From assembly GCA_964016885.1 (NCBI GenBank), contig OZ024740.1, positions 72,292,001-72,356,000 on the forward strand: a stretch of 64,000 nt of DNA, written 5' to 3'. The stretch is from Eledone cirrhosa. Taxonomy: Eukaryota. A program made the translations under genes and the position numbers. Positions 1 to 13,429 of this stretch are shown piece after piece. Position 1 is the stretch's first letter. The number at the start of each line of letters is the position of its first letter. The notes under the pieces were generated by a model. It was not told the origin of the DNA. It did no database searches and saw nothing but the letters and a program-made list of their open reading frames with translations.

Positions 1-212
1 AAGTAGCTGCCTAGTTGACCCTCATGGTAGCACCTCTCTGAGGTTTGTGCTCTAAGTAGCTGCCTAGTTGACCCTCATGGTAGCACCTCTCTGAGGTTTG
101 TGCTCTAAGTGGCTGCCTAGTTGACCCTCATGTTAGCACCTCTCTGAGGTTTGTGCTCTAAGTGGCTGCCTAGTTGACCCTCATGGTAGCACCCCTCTGA
201 GGTCTGTGCCCT
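1..212. repeat. 53-bp minisatellite, ~4 copies (runs off window start)
   Basis: Unit aagtagctgcctagttgaccctcatggtagcacctctctgaggtttgtgctct restarts at 1, 54, 107, 160. Confidence 0.95.
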
Positions 213-595
213 ATTATGTGAGGTAAAGCCTTGACTGTGAAAATATAATAGTAAATATAGATTAATGTAAATGATAAAAGTTAAGGTATTTCATGTTTGT
301 TATTGTTATTGTATATTCTTTTCATTCTTTTTTTCTTTTACTATTTTCATTCATTAGACAGTGGCCATGCTACAGCACTGCTCTGAAGGAATATAGTCTA
401 CCATATCAACCTCAGTACTTATATATTTTTTCAAGTCTGGCACATGTTTTATTGATCCCTATTTGTCAAACTGCTAGGTTGTGGAACATGATCAAATGGA
501 ATGTAAACATAAGAATTTGGACATACACAGTAGATGTTTTACATGTAAAATGTATATAAGCTGTAGCTTATTCGAGTCTCAATACCAAGTGAGTA

Positions 596-644
596 AACAT
601 TACTGATGATGGATAAAAACCCTGAAACACTGGTGTTTGGTGTT
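596..644 (+). ncRNA. Type I hammerhead ribozyme motif (weak stem II)
   Basis: aacatta-CTGATGA-tggataaaaaccct-GAAA-cac tg gtg-TT-tggtgtt. Stem I aacatta/tggtgtt pairs with G-U; stem III cac/gtg; GUU cleavage triplet. Confidence 0.6.
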
Positions 645-844
645 CTCACATGGCTTTCGAGATAGTTGTGACAGGATCATAGCTCAAAATATTCATAGTG
701 AGATTTATATGTGTTTGTTATAGATGAACATATCGTATATGCCTTCATATACACCTCCACTATTAATACATACATACATACACACATACATACATGCATA
801 CATACATACATACACACATACATACATACATACATACACACATA

Positions 845-3682
845 AGCTGATCACCCTCAAACAAGAATTGAGAGCTGTTAGTGAAAAACGCTGATACCTG
901 AAGAAGGTAGATGAGAAAAAAGTGCTTAATAAAAGATTCAAACGAAACCAAACATCAGTCGATAGAGATATGAAGAACAAAATAATAAGTGTCACTGAGG
1001 CCCCATCCCAGAAAGACATAGATTCCTTTTGGAGAAAAATATGGGGTGAAAAGAAGAATTTCAACCATGATGCAGTGTGGCTAAAAGAAATCCGAAAGAA
1101 CTATTGCTCCTACACTACAACAAAAACATACAAAATAAGTGAGGGTACCCTTGAGACTGTGATAGGAAAACTCCAAGATAAGAAAACACCAGAGAGAGAC
1201 ATGATTGTCGGCTACTGGTACAAAAAAACTGATATTCTATTGGAGGTATCTTACTGACCTCTACCAACAATTTCTTAAGGGAGATACACTTATACCAGAA
1301 TGGTTGACATTAGCACAAACATTACTGGTCCCCGAGAACAAAGACACCCACTTGGCAAAAAACTACCAACCCATTGCATGCCAGAACCTGATGTACAAGA
1401 TGTTTACAGCCTACCTGAACCTATTCCTCCAAGATCACTGTGAAAATAATAACATCATCACAGATGAGCAAGCAGCTGGAAAGAAAGGGGTTTGGGGATG
1501 TGCTGAACAACTCCTAATCAACAAAACTGCGATGTCGGAGGTGCGACAACTTAGGAGGAATATGGCTACAGTCTGGCTGGACTACAGGAAAGCTTTTGAT
1601 TCTGTTCCCCACTCTTGGATGATAGAGGCCCTCCAACTTGCTAAAGTCCCAGACATTATTATCAGAGCCATAGAGAAGCTGTCTTCTTCTTGGGCTACTA
1701 TCCTAAGGTTAAAGACGGAGAGGGAAGACTCTATTTTCACTGATAAAATAAAATATCGCAGGGGTATTTTTCGGGGAGACAGTCTCTCTGTGATATTATT
1801 CATCCTGTCATTAAATCCCTTGTCCTTTCTGCTCAAGAAATGTGAAGGATACATCATTGGCTCACAGGAGGACAGAAATACAAACCTAACCCATAATTTC
1901 TTTGTGGATGATCTGAAACTCTATGCCAAGAACATGGATGGGATGAAGAAAAATCTTGACCTGGTTTCAATGTTCTCAAAGGATATAGGAATGGAGTTTG
2001 GCCTAGATAAATGCTCATACATGACTGTAAAGCGGGGAAAAACAACAACCCAATCTAGCAACATTGTCATCAATGGCCTAACTGTTTCACCGATATCTGA
2101 TGAGGACTGCTACGGATACCTGGGGATAGATGAGAACATATCCTATAAAGGTATCTGTAATAAGGAACGCGTAACCAGGGAATACTACACCTGATTAAGA
2201 AAGATTTGGTCATCGGAACTCTCTGCGCAAAACAAAACAGTGGCTCACAATGTGTTTGCTGTGCCTGTCCTAACACCAACGTTTCGAATACTCAATTGGA
2301 CGATAGATGAAATCAGAGCAGTTGATGTTGGAACTCGAAAAATACTGAACAACACCGGAAACTTCCACATCAACAGTGTCATAGACCGCCTTTACTTGAA
2401 ACATAAGCAGGGAGGCAGAGGCCTAATATCAGTCCAGACAGCATTTGAATGTGGCATCATATCCCTTCAACAACATCTACAAACCTCGAAGCGTAGGAGC
2501 CCGTCTCTCGAGCAAGTCTATCTGCATGAAACAGATAAAATCATGAGAGTTGGGAAGGAACTCCTCGAGAGATATTCCCTGTGTGATAATCAAAAACTCA
2601 CACCCAGGGAAGTTGCTCAGCAGTATCGCAGTGAATCCATGGATGAAAAACTGCATGCTTATCAGCAAAAAATCATGCATGGATATGTTGCCAGGAAGCT
2701 CTAGAGTGAGAGTAATATAGATAAAGAAAGTAGTCTATCTTGGACCAACAACCGCTATATTGGCTCTCACTTTAAAGGATATGCTTTTGCAATCCAAGAA
2801 CAAGAGATTAACACAAAATACCTGATTCACAAAAGAGATAGGGATGCAGGCAAAACACCTAGATGTGATAACAAGTGCAGACTCTGCAGAACTAACATCA
2901 AGGATATCACCCATGTAATCAGCAGCTGTCCAAAGATGTCATCGCGGTACTATCTACCTATGAGGCATGATGTAGTGGCCAAAACACTGTACAATGCAGT
3001 TCGTAAAAAAGATAGCCCCGATAATAAACACATTAAAAGCTACAGCAATGTGGAAGACATCCATATACATAATATAAAAGAGTACTGGTGGAATGTTCCA
3101 GTAAAAACCCCAATAAAATGCAGGCATAACAGATCAGATATTATGATATGGGACAGGGAGAAGAAAGCATGCACAGTAGTGGAAATTAGCTGCCCAGCAG
3201 ATGCCAATATAATATCAAAGATTAGTGAAAAGGAGAATATTTATGCAGAACTGATGAGAAATCTGCAGATACTCCACCCTGATTACACCTTCAGATTTAT
3301 GCCTGTGATTATTGGGGCACTGGGGTATGTTAGTAACTGCCTCAATACAAATCTTGAGAAGCTAGGCTTCACAGGAACAGAAAGAACACAACTAGTTAGG
3401 AAATTACAAGTATAATCAATTAATGGAACAATAAAAATATGTAAAACATTCCAAAAATTTTGCATCTAATAACTGCATATACATATGTACAGATACAAAG
3501 CATATACACATGCACACATACAAACCAAAACATACACATCCATATCTACACATGCAGACATGCATACATATCTACCTAGTTGATGTTGTGTAAATTCCAA
3601 TGAGAGAATCTTGTGTCTATGTTAGAAACCGACTCTCTCTCTATTGGGAAAAAATTTGTGAAATTATAAAACCAGAAGAAGA
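845..3682 (+). mobile_element. 5'-truncated, disrupted R4/Dong-like non-LTR retrotransposon (RT + CCHC + restriction-like endonuclease)
   Basis: ORF pieces 922-1257, 1205-2194, 2240-2704, 2936-3415. RT motifs DYRKAFDSVPH, GIFRGDSLS, FFVDDLKLY; GGRGL; CRLC..H....C near 2875-2930; RHD and D-I...VEISCP...K-ENIY endonuclease motifs. Flanked by TACA repeats. Confidence 0.85.
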
Positions 3683-3689
3683 TACATAC

Positions 3690-4215
3690 ATGGTGACTGC
3701 AAACTCTGCTAAGAGTTTTGCAATCGCTTGTCAGATTACAGAAAATAATGCACCTTTAGGCTATAGCCAGCCACATATACCTGTAACATATCCTGAACAA
3801 GCAATGCCTGTGCTTTGAAGGTTTTTTAAGTGGGGAAAGGCCTTGCACTCGACCAATCCCACTCTCTGAGCATCGAAAACATTACTCGAAAAGGAGAACT
3901 GGTCAACATCATCGGATGCTTCCCAAGCCGCAGGTTTTTTTTCTGAGTTTCCCTCTCCTAGAAAGGTGCTGTGACAACAACTGAGGGCCTTTCACTCGCA
4001 GGTGAAAAACAAAAAAGTACTATTCGGATGGCCGTTGACTCTGCTAAGTTCCTCTGCCCTTCGCCAGGTCTTGTATTTCATCCCGCAGGGTGTCCAAATA
4101 TCACCCTCCTCACCAAGCAAGCTTAGAGGGGTTGCCAGTTTAGTCGCCGACAACCTGACCATGAGACATGTTGTACTGGGTTACATGTTACCAGTAGCAC
4201 TCGAGAGTGATCTGA
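3690..4215 (-). mobile_element. Non-autonomous RTE-derived (bipartite-like) element, TACA-flanked family, copy 1
   Basis: Shares ggttgccagtttagtcgcc...ctgggttacatgttaccagtagcactc and tctcctagaa blocks with copies at 4838, 16115, 16824 and 45712. No ORF. Strand inferred from RTE-like ctaggagaagg motif on the minus strand. Confidence 0.6.
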
Positions 4216-4312
4216 CATACATACATACATACATACATACATACATACATACATACATACATACATACATACATACATACATACATACATACATACATAC
4301 ATACATACATAC
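4216..4312. repeat. (TACA)n microsatellite
   Basis: Perfect catacata array. Confidence 0.95.
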
Positions 4313-4837
4313 AAAATCAAAATAAATATGTGAAGATTGATGGCTCAAAGGAATACTGGTGGAACCTAAAAATAAAATCCTCCACCAAATTAAAACACAA
4401 CTGACCTGATATTGTTGCTTGAGACCACACAAAAATATGCTCTGTTGAATAAGTCAACTACCCACTTGATGCCAATGTGATAAAAAAGATGGAAAAGAAT
4501 GAGGATATCTACATACCATTGATGAGGAGTTTGCAGATCCAGTACCCAAATTACACATTCAGCTTTATACCTGTTATTATTGGAGCTACAAGTTATATAC
4601 CAATCCACCTGGACAAAAGTATAACTGAAAGTATAATGAATCTGTGACAAAGAATTCATAAGCTACAAATGGCCACGATATCTGGAACATTCAAATTCTG
4701 TGAAACATTCTTATGATTCAAAGGATGAACATTTATGCAATAGACAATGACAATTCCCATTCTTTACAACCTTACTATCAGGGAAAGTGGCCAGTCAAAA
4801 ATAAACTCTAAATTAAGAGAAATATATACATACACGC

Positions 4838-5450
4838 ATGATGGCTGCCCCTTCATTATCGAGTATGACCATTACACGATATACCATTATTAATTATTAT
4901 TAATTAATTCTATCATGCAATGCCTGTGCGTGAAGATATTTTTTAAAGTGTGGAAAGACTGTGCACTGAGCCAATCCCACTCTCTGAGTGATAGTAGCTA
5001 TAACCTGAAAAGAAGAAAAGATCAACATCATCAGTAACTACTGAGCCACAGCTTTAATATCAGCGTTATCTCAGTTTCCTGAGTTGCCTTCTCCTAGAAG
5101 AATGCCCTGACAAAGGCTAGGAGTTCTTCACTCCCAGTGGTTTAACCGCGTGATCGGGTGTCCAGCCCGACTATTTCTATGTCCCCGTGCATATACATAC
5201 AAATGCACCCATGTACATATACATACATATGTACATGTGTATATACATATTTACACACTTTTGGATGACCATTGACTCTTATGAGTTCTTCCGCCCTTCG
5301 TCAGGTTTTGTTTTTTGTCCTGAGGGTGTCCAAAATCACCCTCCTCACCAAGTAAACTTGGTGGGGTTGCCAGTTTAGTTGCCGATGTCTCGACCATGTG
5401 ACAGGTTGTACTGGGTTACATGTTACCAGTAGCACTCAAGAATGACCCAA
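4838..5450 (-). mobile_element. TACA-flanked RTE-derived family, copy 2
   Basis: Near-identical to 16824-17652; followed by a CA/TACA array at 5451-5692. Confidence 0.65.
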
Positions 5451-5551
5451 CATACACACATACACACATACATACACACACATACATACACATACATACA
5501 CACACATACATACACACACATACACACACACACATACACACACACAAATAT

Positions 5552-5606
<55 letters not shown>

Positions 5607-6362
5607 TACATACATACATACATACATACATACATACATACATACATACATACATACATACATACATACATACATACATACATACATACATAAGACTACA
5701 TAACTACAGTTTAGTCCACCACCAACACCACCTGACTTTGTTTCCCCACAACTTTCTTAATAATAAATATTTTACAGAAATACATTTTCCACTGTGTAGA
5801 TTATGATTATGCTTATAACTGAAATTACTGGAAGTTGTATGTGATCTTAAAGCGAACAGTACTTTAAAAGTTTACTGAAGAGAGTAAATTAGCGTTAATG
5901 TTTAAAATGATAATAAATTAATATTTTTACAAAGGATTGGGTACACAAAGAATTATAGACACAAAGGCAAATGTTAAGTTGTTGCCATGTCAATAATTGA
6001 TTTTTAATAACAATTATTAATTTCCTAATCTATATTACTATATCTAAATCATCTAAGTTCAATAACTATAGATTTCACTTCAAATCTTTCAATGCCACTA
6101 ATGATGTTATATATAAAGTAGGTCATGATAAAATCCTATTTAGTATGAAGATTACATAAAAAAGATTATGTCAACGAGTGTTCCATGTTTTAAGAGAACT
6201 CTTCATGAAATGAAAGAATTATTTTTTACTTTACTTTGCCTGATTTACAGAACTATTACATCATGTGTCCATAATTCTATAAAGTTGTGAGCTAAGCAGC
6301 TGTAGTGTACCATAAATTTACAGGGTAATACGGATATTTGGTATGTTTACATGCCTATATGA

Positions 6363-6510
6363 AGGCGGCAAATTGGCAGATTCGTTAGAACATCAGATGA
6401 TCGTTTCAGGTCTCTGCTTTCTGAGTTCAAATCCCGCCAAGGTCTACTTTGCCATTCATCCTTTCAAGGTCGATAAAATAAAGTACTAGTCTAATACTGG
6501 GGTCGTTTCT
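6363..6510 (+). mobile_element. tRNA-derived SINE
   Basis: ggcggcaaattggcaga...gagttcaaatccc (B-box-like)...tttgccattcatcctttcaaggtcgataaaataaagtac; many homologues in the window. Confidence 0.75.
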
Positions 6511-6527
6511 TCCTCTATATATTTTTG

Positions 6528-6592
6528 TTTCTTCTTCTTCTTCTTCTTCTTCTTCTTCTTCTTCTTCTTCTTCTTCTTCTTCTTCTTCTTCT

Positions 6593-6648
<56 letters not shown>
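6528..6648. repeat. Compound (CTT)n(CT)n(TA)n microsatellite
   Basis: Directly visible. Confidence 0.95.
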
Positions 6649-6651
<3 letters not shown>

Positions 6652-6877
6652 AGGAGGTTATAGTTCACTTGAAGCATTGTGTAATGCGGTATAAACGTTT
6701 GTATATGTATAATAAAGCCAAAACAATGCAGGTATGGACATAGAATAAAGAATACAAATGCAAAAGATATTGTTGACAATTAGTCTTTTACCTTAGAATT
6801 ATTTAAATGTCCTTAATTTTCGAGATAATATCTCTTCTTCGGAGGGAAGTAAAGCGGTTAAACCAGTGTTCTAAGGT

Positions 6878-6920
<43 letters not shown>

Positions 6921-7099
6921 TTCTCAAAGAAATTGGCTGTGTTCAGACCTGGAGAGAGGATGGGCTCTACCAGGTTTGAAAAAATGTCCAATAAATACTG
7001 TATACTACAGCGTTCCAGCAACCCACTGGGAGTTATGAATTCATACATACATGTTTATAATCTCAAAGACACATTTATGAAGTCTGTATATATACAGAT

Positions 7100-7700
7100 A
7101 TAAATTCTGTGCGAATGTCAAATTCAGCCAAGCGTGCATATTGCCAACTCTCCTGTTAATAATCTTCATGAACACGATTGATATGCACAGTGATATTAAA
7201 ACAGGCAGGTGTAGGATCAGTCGGATAGAATTTTCAGACGACATAGTACTACTTAACTCGTCAGAAGGTGATTTCTGATATGCACTGGATAGGTTTGTTG
7301 CAGATTGCTGCAAGAATGAAAATTAGAGCTACAAAGACAAAGACACTCATCCTCCCAAGGAAGCCTGTGTGGTACACTCTGCATCTGCGCAGAATTCTAC
7401 TGGAGCAGATGGAGAAATTTTCAAGTATTACAGAGCCAATTTCACAAGTGATGGAATACAGGGGGCTGAATTAAGTGTAAGAACTGCAGTAGCTGGTACA
7501 TTACTGTACCAACTTCAGCACTCAATCATAAGAAGAAGGGAGGTATATATAAAATTTGAACTCACTCAGTTCAGTATTTGTGGCAACCCTTACCTATGGT
7601 TATGAACCTTGACTAATGACTGAAATGGGATTCCTTAGCATAACATTACTCAGTGGGGTGTGTAGTTTGGAGATCAGGGAGTTATTCCTGTCTCATATGC
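7100..7700 (+). mobile_element. Decayed RTE-type RT fragment
   Basis: FSDDIVLL, MKI..TKTK, FKY remnants with frameshifts. Confidence 0.5.
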
Positions 7701-7954
7701 AAGAAGAAGAAAGAGGAGGAAGAGTATCACAGCTTATAATTCCCACAGCGAGACTTATGTATGTATATTTTACATGAACATATAGTATATCTGTTTTCAT
7801 GTACACCTCTATTCTGAATCACATTGTGTTTGTGCTATTGTAAATTAATACCAACCTATCAAGCTCACACTACATGTAAATGATCATCTCCAAAAATGTA
7901 TAATTTGCAAAATTAGACGTTATTAGCTTATTTACCACAGTGCTGAGTGACTAG

Positions 7955-8000
7955 ACATTACTAATGATGAATAAAGGTCTTGAAATACTAGTACAGATGT
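7955..8000 (+). ncRNA. Mutated hammerhead motif, same family as 596-644
   Basis: acatta-CTAATGA...GAAA-tactagta; downstream ~80 bp homologous to 668-750. Core G5 is mutated. Confidence 0.4.
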
Positions 8001-8302
8001 AGCTGTGACATGATCAAAACATAAAATACCCACAGTGAGATTTATGTATGTTAATTATAAACATATCGAATATGCTTTCATATATCTATCTATCTATATA
8101 TCTATTCATGAATCTCACACATATATATATACACTCACACATGCACACACTCAGACACACATACACACACACACATTCACAAACATTCACACACAATCTC
8201 ATATACATTCACACACATATACACATACTCACACGCATAAACACAGCACATATACACACACTCCCACACATTTATATATTCTAGTCTTATACTTTCTATA
8301 TT

Positions 8303-8710
8303 CGTCGTGAACGTGAACGTGACCTGGGCATTACGGTCAGCAGCGATTTGCGTTGGACGAAGCACGTCTCTAAAATTGTCAAGAAGGCCGAGGGTGTCTT
8401 AGCATCACTCAGCAAGACTTTCGTCAGCCGCTCTCCAGATATCTATTTAAGGCTGTACATGGCTATGGTGCGGCCACACTTAGAATTTGCATCACCAGTC
8501 TGGAACCCCTATCTTGCTCAGAACATTGACCGCCTGGAAACTGTTCAGAGACGTGCAACCAAGCGAATACCCTCCATCAGGCATCTACCATACTCTGAGC
8601 GCCTTGCTTCCCTGGGCATGGATACATTGAAGCTCCGACGCCTGGCAACTGACTTGGTAAACACCCACAAAATTGTTAACCATCTTGCTAACAATAACCC
8701 TGAGCACCTA
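8303..8710 (+). mobile_element. CR1/L2-group LINE ORF2 C-terminal fragment
   Basis: DLGITVSSDLRW...MVRPHLEFASPVWNPY...LETVQRRATK...YSERL. Confidence 0.85.
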
Positions 8711-9299
8711 CTTTCACTATTTTCGCTATTAATTTTCTTGACTTTCTCTTCTTTCTTGTTTGTTCTTGATGAATAGTAATTGTTTATAACTTTTTAAGTT
8801 AAAAGAAAATTTGGTAGAGGGGAAATAACTCTTTACTAAAGAAAGAAACATTTGGGTGCTCTCCCTTCAATATCTTGTGTTATTTAAAATGCAATGACTA
8901 AAGAAACAAACATTTGGGTGCTCAATGAACTGCATTGAACAAAATTTTATTTCGGATCTTTTCGATCTGAATTCAAATTCCGGTTTTCTTTTCTTCCTTT
9001 TGAGTTCGATAAAATATACTACCAGTCAGATTCTGGGGTCGATTTAATTGACTATGGAATGGGCTTCCATCGGTTTCGACGATATGTGTTCCAGTTGTCT
9101 GATCAACGGAACAACCTGCTCATAAAATTATATAAAAATAATAATTAAAATGATTGTGGACTGTGTTCAGGTGCACTACAACTTAGCAAAGGTGCATTTA
9201 TGGTACATAGAATAATGTACAAATGTCAGGAAAGTGAACAGTGTATGAATCATCACACACACACATACGTGCGTATGTATGAGGGGGGGGGGGGGTATA

Positions 9300-9485
9300 G
9301 GGCGTCGTGTTGGCGAATTTCACTAAGATTGGAAATTTTGAAGGATGTAGTGTCCCGACATCTAACAAGTGGGGCAAGTAGTTTATTCCATGCTTCAACA
9401 ACTCTGAGAATGAAAAAATGTTTCCAAAAGTCATGGGAGCTGTAGTTTTATGATTTTGTAAGTATGTCCACGGGTGTTAGACATA
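9300..9485 (-). mobile_element. CR1-type extreme 3' fragment
   Basis: Minus strand reads NTRGHTYKI...HFFILRVVEAWNKL. Confidence 0.65.
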
Positions 9486-9752
9486 TGCAATAACGTTTAA
9501 GTGGCTGGGTATTCCAAGGACACATGTACTCTTGACGTAATTCTCCATGAAATTTAGCATTCCATACTGTGTGACAAGTGTAGACCTTTGGAATATAGGT
9601 ACAAGCCATCCAAACAGTTTCCATCTACCCAGTTTCTCTCACAAGACATCGGTCAATTCGAAGCTGTGGTAAGTGACACTTACTCAAGATGTCACAGAGT
9701 AAGATTGTACTCAGAGCCTTATGAAAATATGTATCACCAAAATACTTTATTT

Positions 9753-9981
9753 TTAACCCTTCAGCATTTAAACTGGCTGTATCCGGCCAGAATTCTCTCA
9801 CCCCTTTCTGTTCAAACCAGCTGTAACTGGCCACTCATACTGAGATTAAGGTATTGTTCTCCAAATAAATAATAACATCATCAAAATTTCATAGATTCTA
9901 TATTATGTGAGATAATTATGTGAGATAAAGCCTTCACCATGAAAATATAATTGTACAGTAATATAAAGGCTAAAGGGTTAA
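9753..9981. mobile_element. TTAA-flanked MITE (piggyBac-like termini)
   Basis: TTAA-cccttcagcattt ... aaaggctaaaggg-TTAA; relatives at 51808-51966 and ~58760-58938. Confidence 0.6.
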
Positions 9982-10439
9982 AGATAGTTTTTAAAATATT
10001 TCTGAAAAAAGAATTTTTTTATTTTTTAGATGCATTGAAATAACATCTTATGTTTTCTGTAGAACCTAGAGATGTATTTTCTACTTTCTACAAGAGAAAG
10101 CTGGGTCTGGGTGACTTTTTATGTTCATATAAAATAAATTTTGATAATTAAATGGATTCCAAACAATAACTTAAAGTAAAGGAATTAATATCAGCAATCA
10201 AAAGACTGTTGTACCACCACCACCACCGCCAACATCACCACCGTGACCTCCACCAAGGTCAGCTTTTATTACCTCATCCTAAGTCTTCTTAAGTCTTCCT
10301 ATTCCACAGCTTCCATAAACTTTGAGCACCCTGTACCTTTTTATACAGTTGCATTAAGTAAATTCATATTTACATAGGGTGTAATGTAAATGTGAGAAAG
10401 AGGCAGAGCTTGGATGAACTACGGGAGAAACTAGGTTTA

Positions 10440-11250
10440 AGAAGAAGTGGTGTGCAACAGAAAAGACTGGTAAATGCATTGCCAAGACCAGCAGCTCATT
10501 CAGATTCTTACAGAAATGTGTGTGGCAGGACCACACTCTACACCTCACTATAAAGATCAGAGTTTACAGAGCTGTTGTAATCGCTACCCTCCTCTCTATG
10601 GAGCTGGAAGCTGAGTCCTGTATCAGAAACAGATCAAGCTACTGGAAAGATTTAATCAGTGATGCCTTCACTCCATCATGGGCATCTGTTGGCAGGACTA
10701 TGTAACAAACAAGGAAATCCTCAAGAGGGCCGATATCACAAGCATTGAGAGCATATGGATGCTGAGTCAACTCCTCTGACCAGGCCATGTCTCATGCATG
10801 GATGACTATAGGATACCAAAGACAGTTTTCTATGGCGAACTACGTCAAGGCAAGCCAAACCAAGGAGCCTCACCCCCTTCTGAAAAAATGCTTCAAAGAC
10901 CAACTGAAGTGTCAGCTGGTCCAAGGCAATATTCATCACAGAGAATGGGAACACCTGGCAGAAGATGGAGAGAAATGGAGAGCGATCATCAAAACAGCTG
11001 CAGCCAACTTTCAGGAGGGCAAGACGGTGGCAGCTGAAGACAAACATCAAAGAAGAAAGCTGTCTGCCACCCAACCACTAACTGACCAAGTGTACACTTG
11101 CTTCAACTGTACCAGAGCCTGCGGGTCCAGGATTGACCTCTACATCCATATCAGGGTGTGCCGCTACACAGAACAGGAAAACAATTCTTCCCACTGATCT
11201 TCACAAGCGAAGAATTCACCATTCATTCATTCATACATATCATCATCATC
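10440..11250 (+). mobile_element. RTE/BovB-like LINE 3' fragment
   Basis: KIRVYRAVV, MDDYRIPKTVFYGEL and a C-terminal C2H2-like CFNCTRACGSRIDLYIH. Confidence 0.7.
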
Positions 11251-11619
11251 ATCGTCTTTATATCCACTTTTCCATCCTGGCATGGGTTGGATGTTTTGAG
11301 ACCATGTTTTACAGTTAGGTGTTCTTCCTGATATCAACCCTTTTAGTTGCCTCTTATGACATGTGGGGATAGAGTATCACCACCACCACCACCACCACTA
11401 CCTTTAGTTTTACATTTGTATTCCATGAAGTCTGCATAACATTTTAGAATGCTTTTGACATATTGTTGTGTTTGTGTGACTGACGGACAAAAGGGAAATA
11501 CAATTATTATAGTATATAGTCTTTAGAAGTATTTCAAACTTTCAAATAGTCTAGCAATATCAAAATAATTTAATAGTGATGAAAGGAGCCGAAGGTACTA
11601 ATGCTGGAAATTCAAGGTT

Positions 11620-11945
11620 TACACACACACACTTTCTGTCTCTCTCTCTTACACACACACACACACATGCACACACACACACACACACACGCGCACACAC
11701 ATACACATTCTCTCTCTCATACACATACACACACAAACACATACCCACATGCATACCCACACACATGCACAAGCACATATACACAAACACACTCTCTCTC
11801 TCTGTCACACACACATACAAATACACACCCATGCTTACACACAAGAACATACACACATACAAACATATACACATACATGTTCAGACATACACACACACAC
11901 ACTCACGCACATACACTCACGCACACACACACATACCCACACACA
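11620..11945. repeat. Degenerate (CA)n/(CT)n
   Basis: Directly visible. Confidence 0.9.
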
Positions 11946-12105
11946 GCAAATGTGGCTTTGATTCAATTACAACAATTGACAATATCTTGGAATATATCCC
12001 TTAGCTGTAGGCAACTGGGAACATTGCCCAATAAAACTGGTCATGGCTTTTCAAAGCCTTTTTACCCTTTCAATATCAAACAACCACTTGTTCCAATGCA
12101 GCTGT

Positions 12106-12107
<2 letters not shown>

Positions 12108-12136
<29 letters not shown>

Positions 12137-12700
12137 CCGTTTAACGTCTATCTTCCACACTAGCATGAGTTCAATGGGAATTGTCCCACTTGAGGCAAAG
12201 TTGGTCGGGTGACCGTGTCTCGCTCATATAGGACTATCCGGCAGGTTTTCTACCGCTGGATGCCCTTCCTAACACCAACCACATTTACAGTGTGGACTGG
12301 GAACTTTTTACCGTGTTACCTACACGGCCACATTACAGTGTGGACTGTGTGTGTTTTTTTTTTTTTTGTCATGACACCTACACAATCTCGATCTCGATCT
12401 CATTATCTCATTAGTTGGGACTGGATGTTGTGGTACCAACACAACTTTACAGAGAAAGGGTGGTGTTGGTGGGAGTAGGAGGATGGAGTAGGGGTAGTGG
12501 GTTGGGGTGTATATTTGGTTAAGAGGTGCCTACTGACTGTAGGTTTCGCTTTGTACATAGGCAAGGCGAGTCTTCTGTATTACTGCGTGGCGCCAAAGTT
12601 CCCGGTCCAGTGACATTGTCTTAGAGAGGTGCAAGCGTGTAAGGTCGGAATTTATCAAATCATCCCAGGTTTTTCTGGGTTTACCTACTCCATAACTTCT
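12108..12700 (-). mobile_element. RTE LINE 3' end with (GAT)n tail
   Basis: GKPRKTWDDLINSDL and 3'UTR shared with 42060-42570. Confidence 0.85.
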
Positions 12701-12814
12701 AGCTTGCAGACTTTGTAAGTAGCAGATGTACAGGGCAGTGGCGAAGGGTCCATGCACGCAACACATGCAGTGCATGCGTTATAGAATCTTGAGTTGATCA
12801 ATTGCGTCGGTTGA

Positions 12815-12848
12815 AGCAAGCAGAATTTTGGCTTCTTACTAAAACGTA

Positions 12849-12916
<68 letters not shown>

Positions 12917-13205
12917 TACACAACAGCTTTGGGGCAAGCAGAATTTTGACTGCTTACTAAATCGTAGACACATAAAAAGATAACACACCACACGCACACA
13001 CACACACACACACACACAAACACATAACAGCTTTGGGGCAAGCAGAATTTTGACTGCTTACTAAATCGTAGACACATAAAAAGATAACACACCACACGCA
13101 CACACACACACACACACACACAAACACATAACAGCTTTGGGGCAAGCAGAATTTTGACTGCTTACTAAATCGTAGACACATAAAAAGATAACACACCACA
13201 CACAC
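12815..13205. repeat. ~122-bp tandem repeat containing a variable (CA)n, ~3.5 copies
   Basis: acagctttggggcaagcagaattttgactgcttactaaatcgtagacac recurs near 12923, 13027 and 13131; first partial copy at 12815. Confidence 0.85.
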
Positions 13206-13429
13206 ACTAGATAACACTACATGCGGCTTTGACCGGGAGAGTCATTTAGAGGGAATTGGGGGGGAAGCTGCACAGCCCCACTTTCCGCCATAGCGATTGG
13301 ACTGCATGCTCTGCTTTCCAGGTTACCCTTCGCCACTGGTACAGGGATAGTTGGTAGTAAGGACATCAGTGAAATAAACTTTTCTAATTCCAGGAAGAAT
13401 CCATAGAAGTAGTTATAGCTTTTGCTACC

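Noticed and set aside
5416-5806. ORFs rich in YVCM/HTHT/IYIY (also near 705, 4123, 11560, 20657, 22272, 26337)
   Set aside because: Translations of microsatellites, not genes.
12815-13205. CRISPR-like repeat/spacer look
   Set aside because: The spacers are (CA)n, the context is eukaryotic and there are no cas genes.
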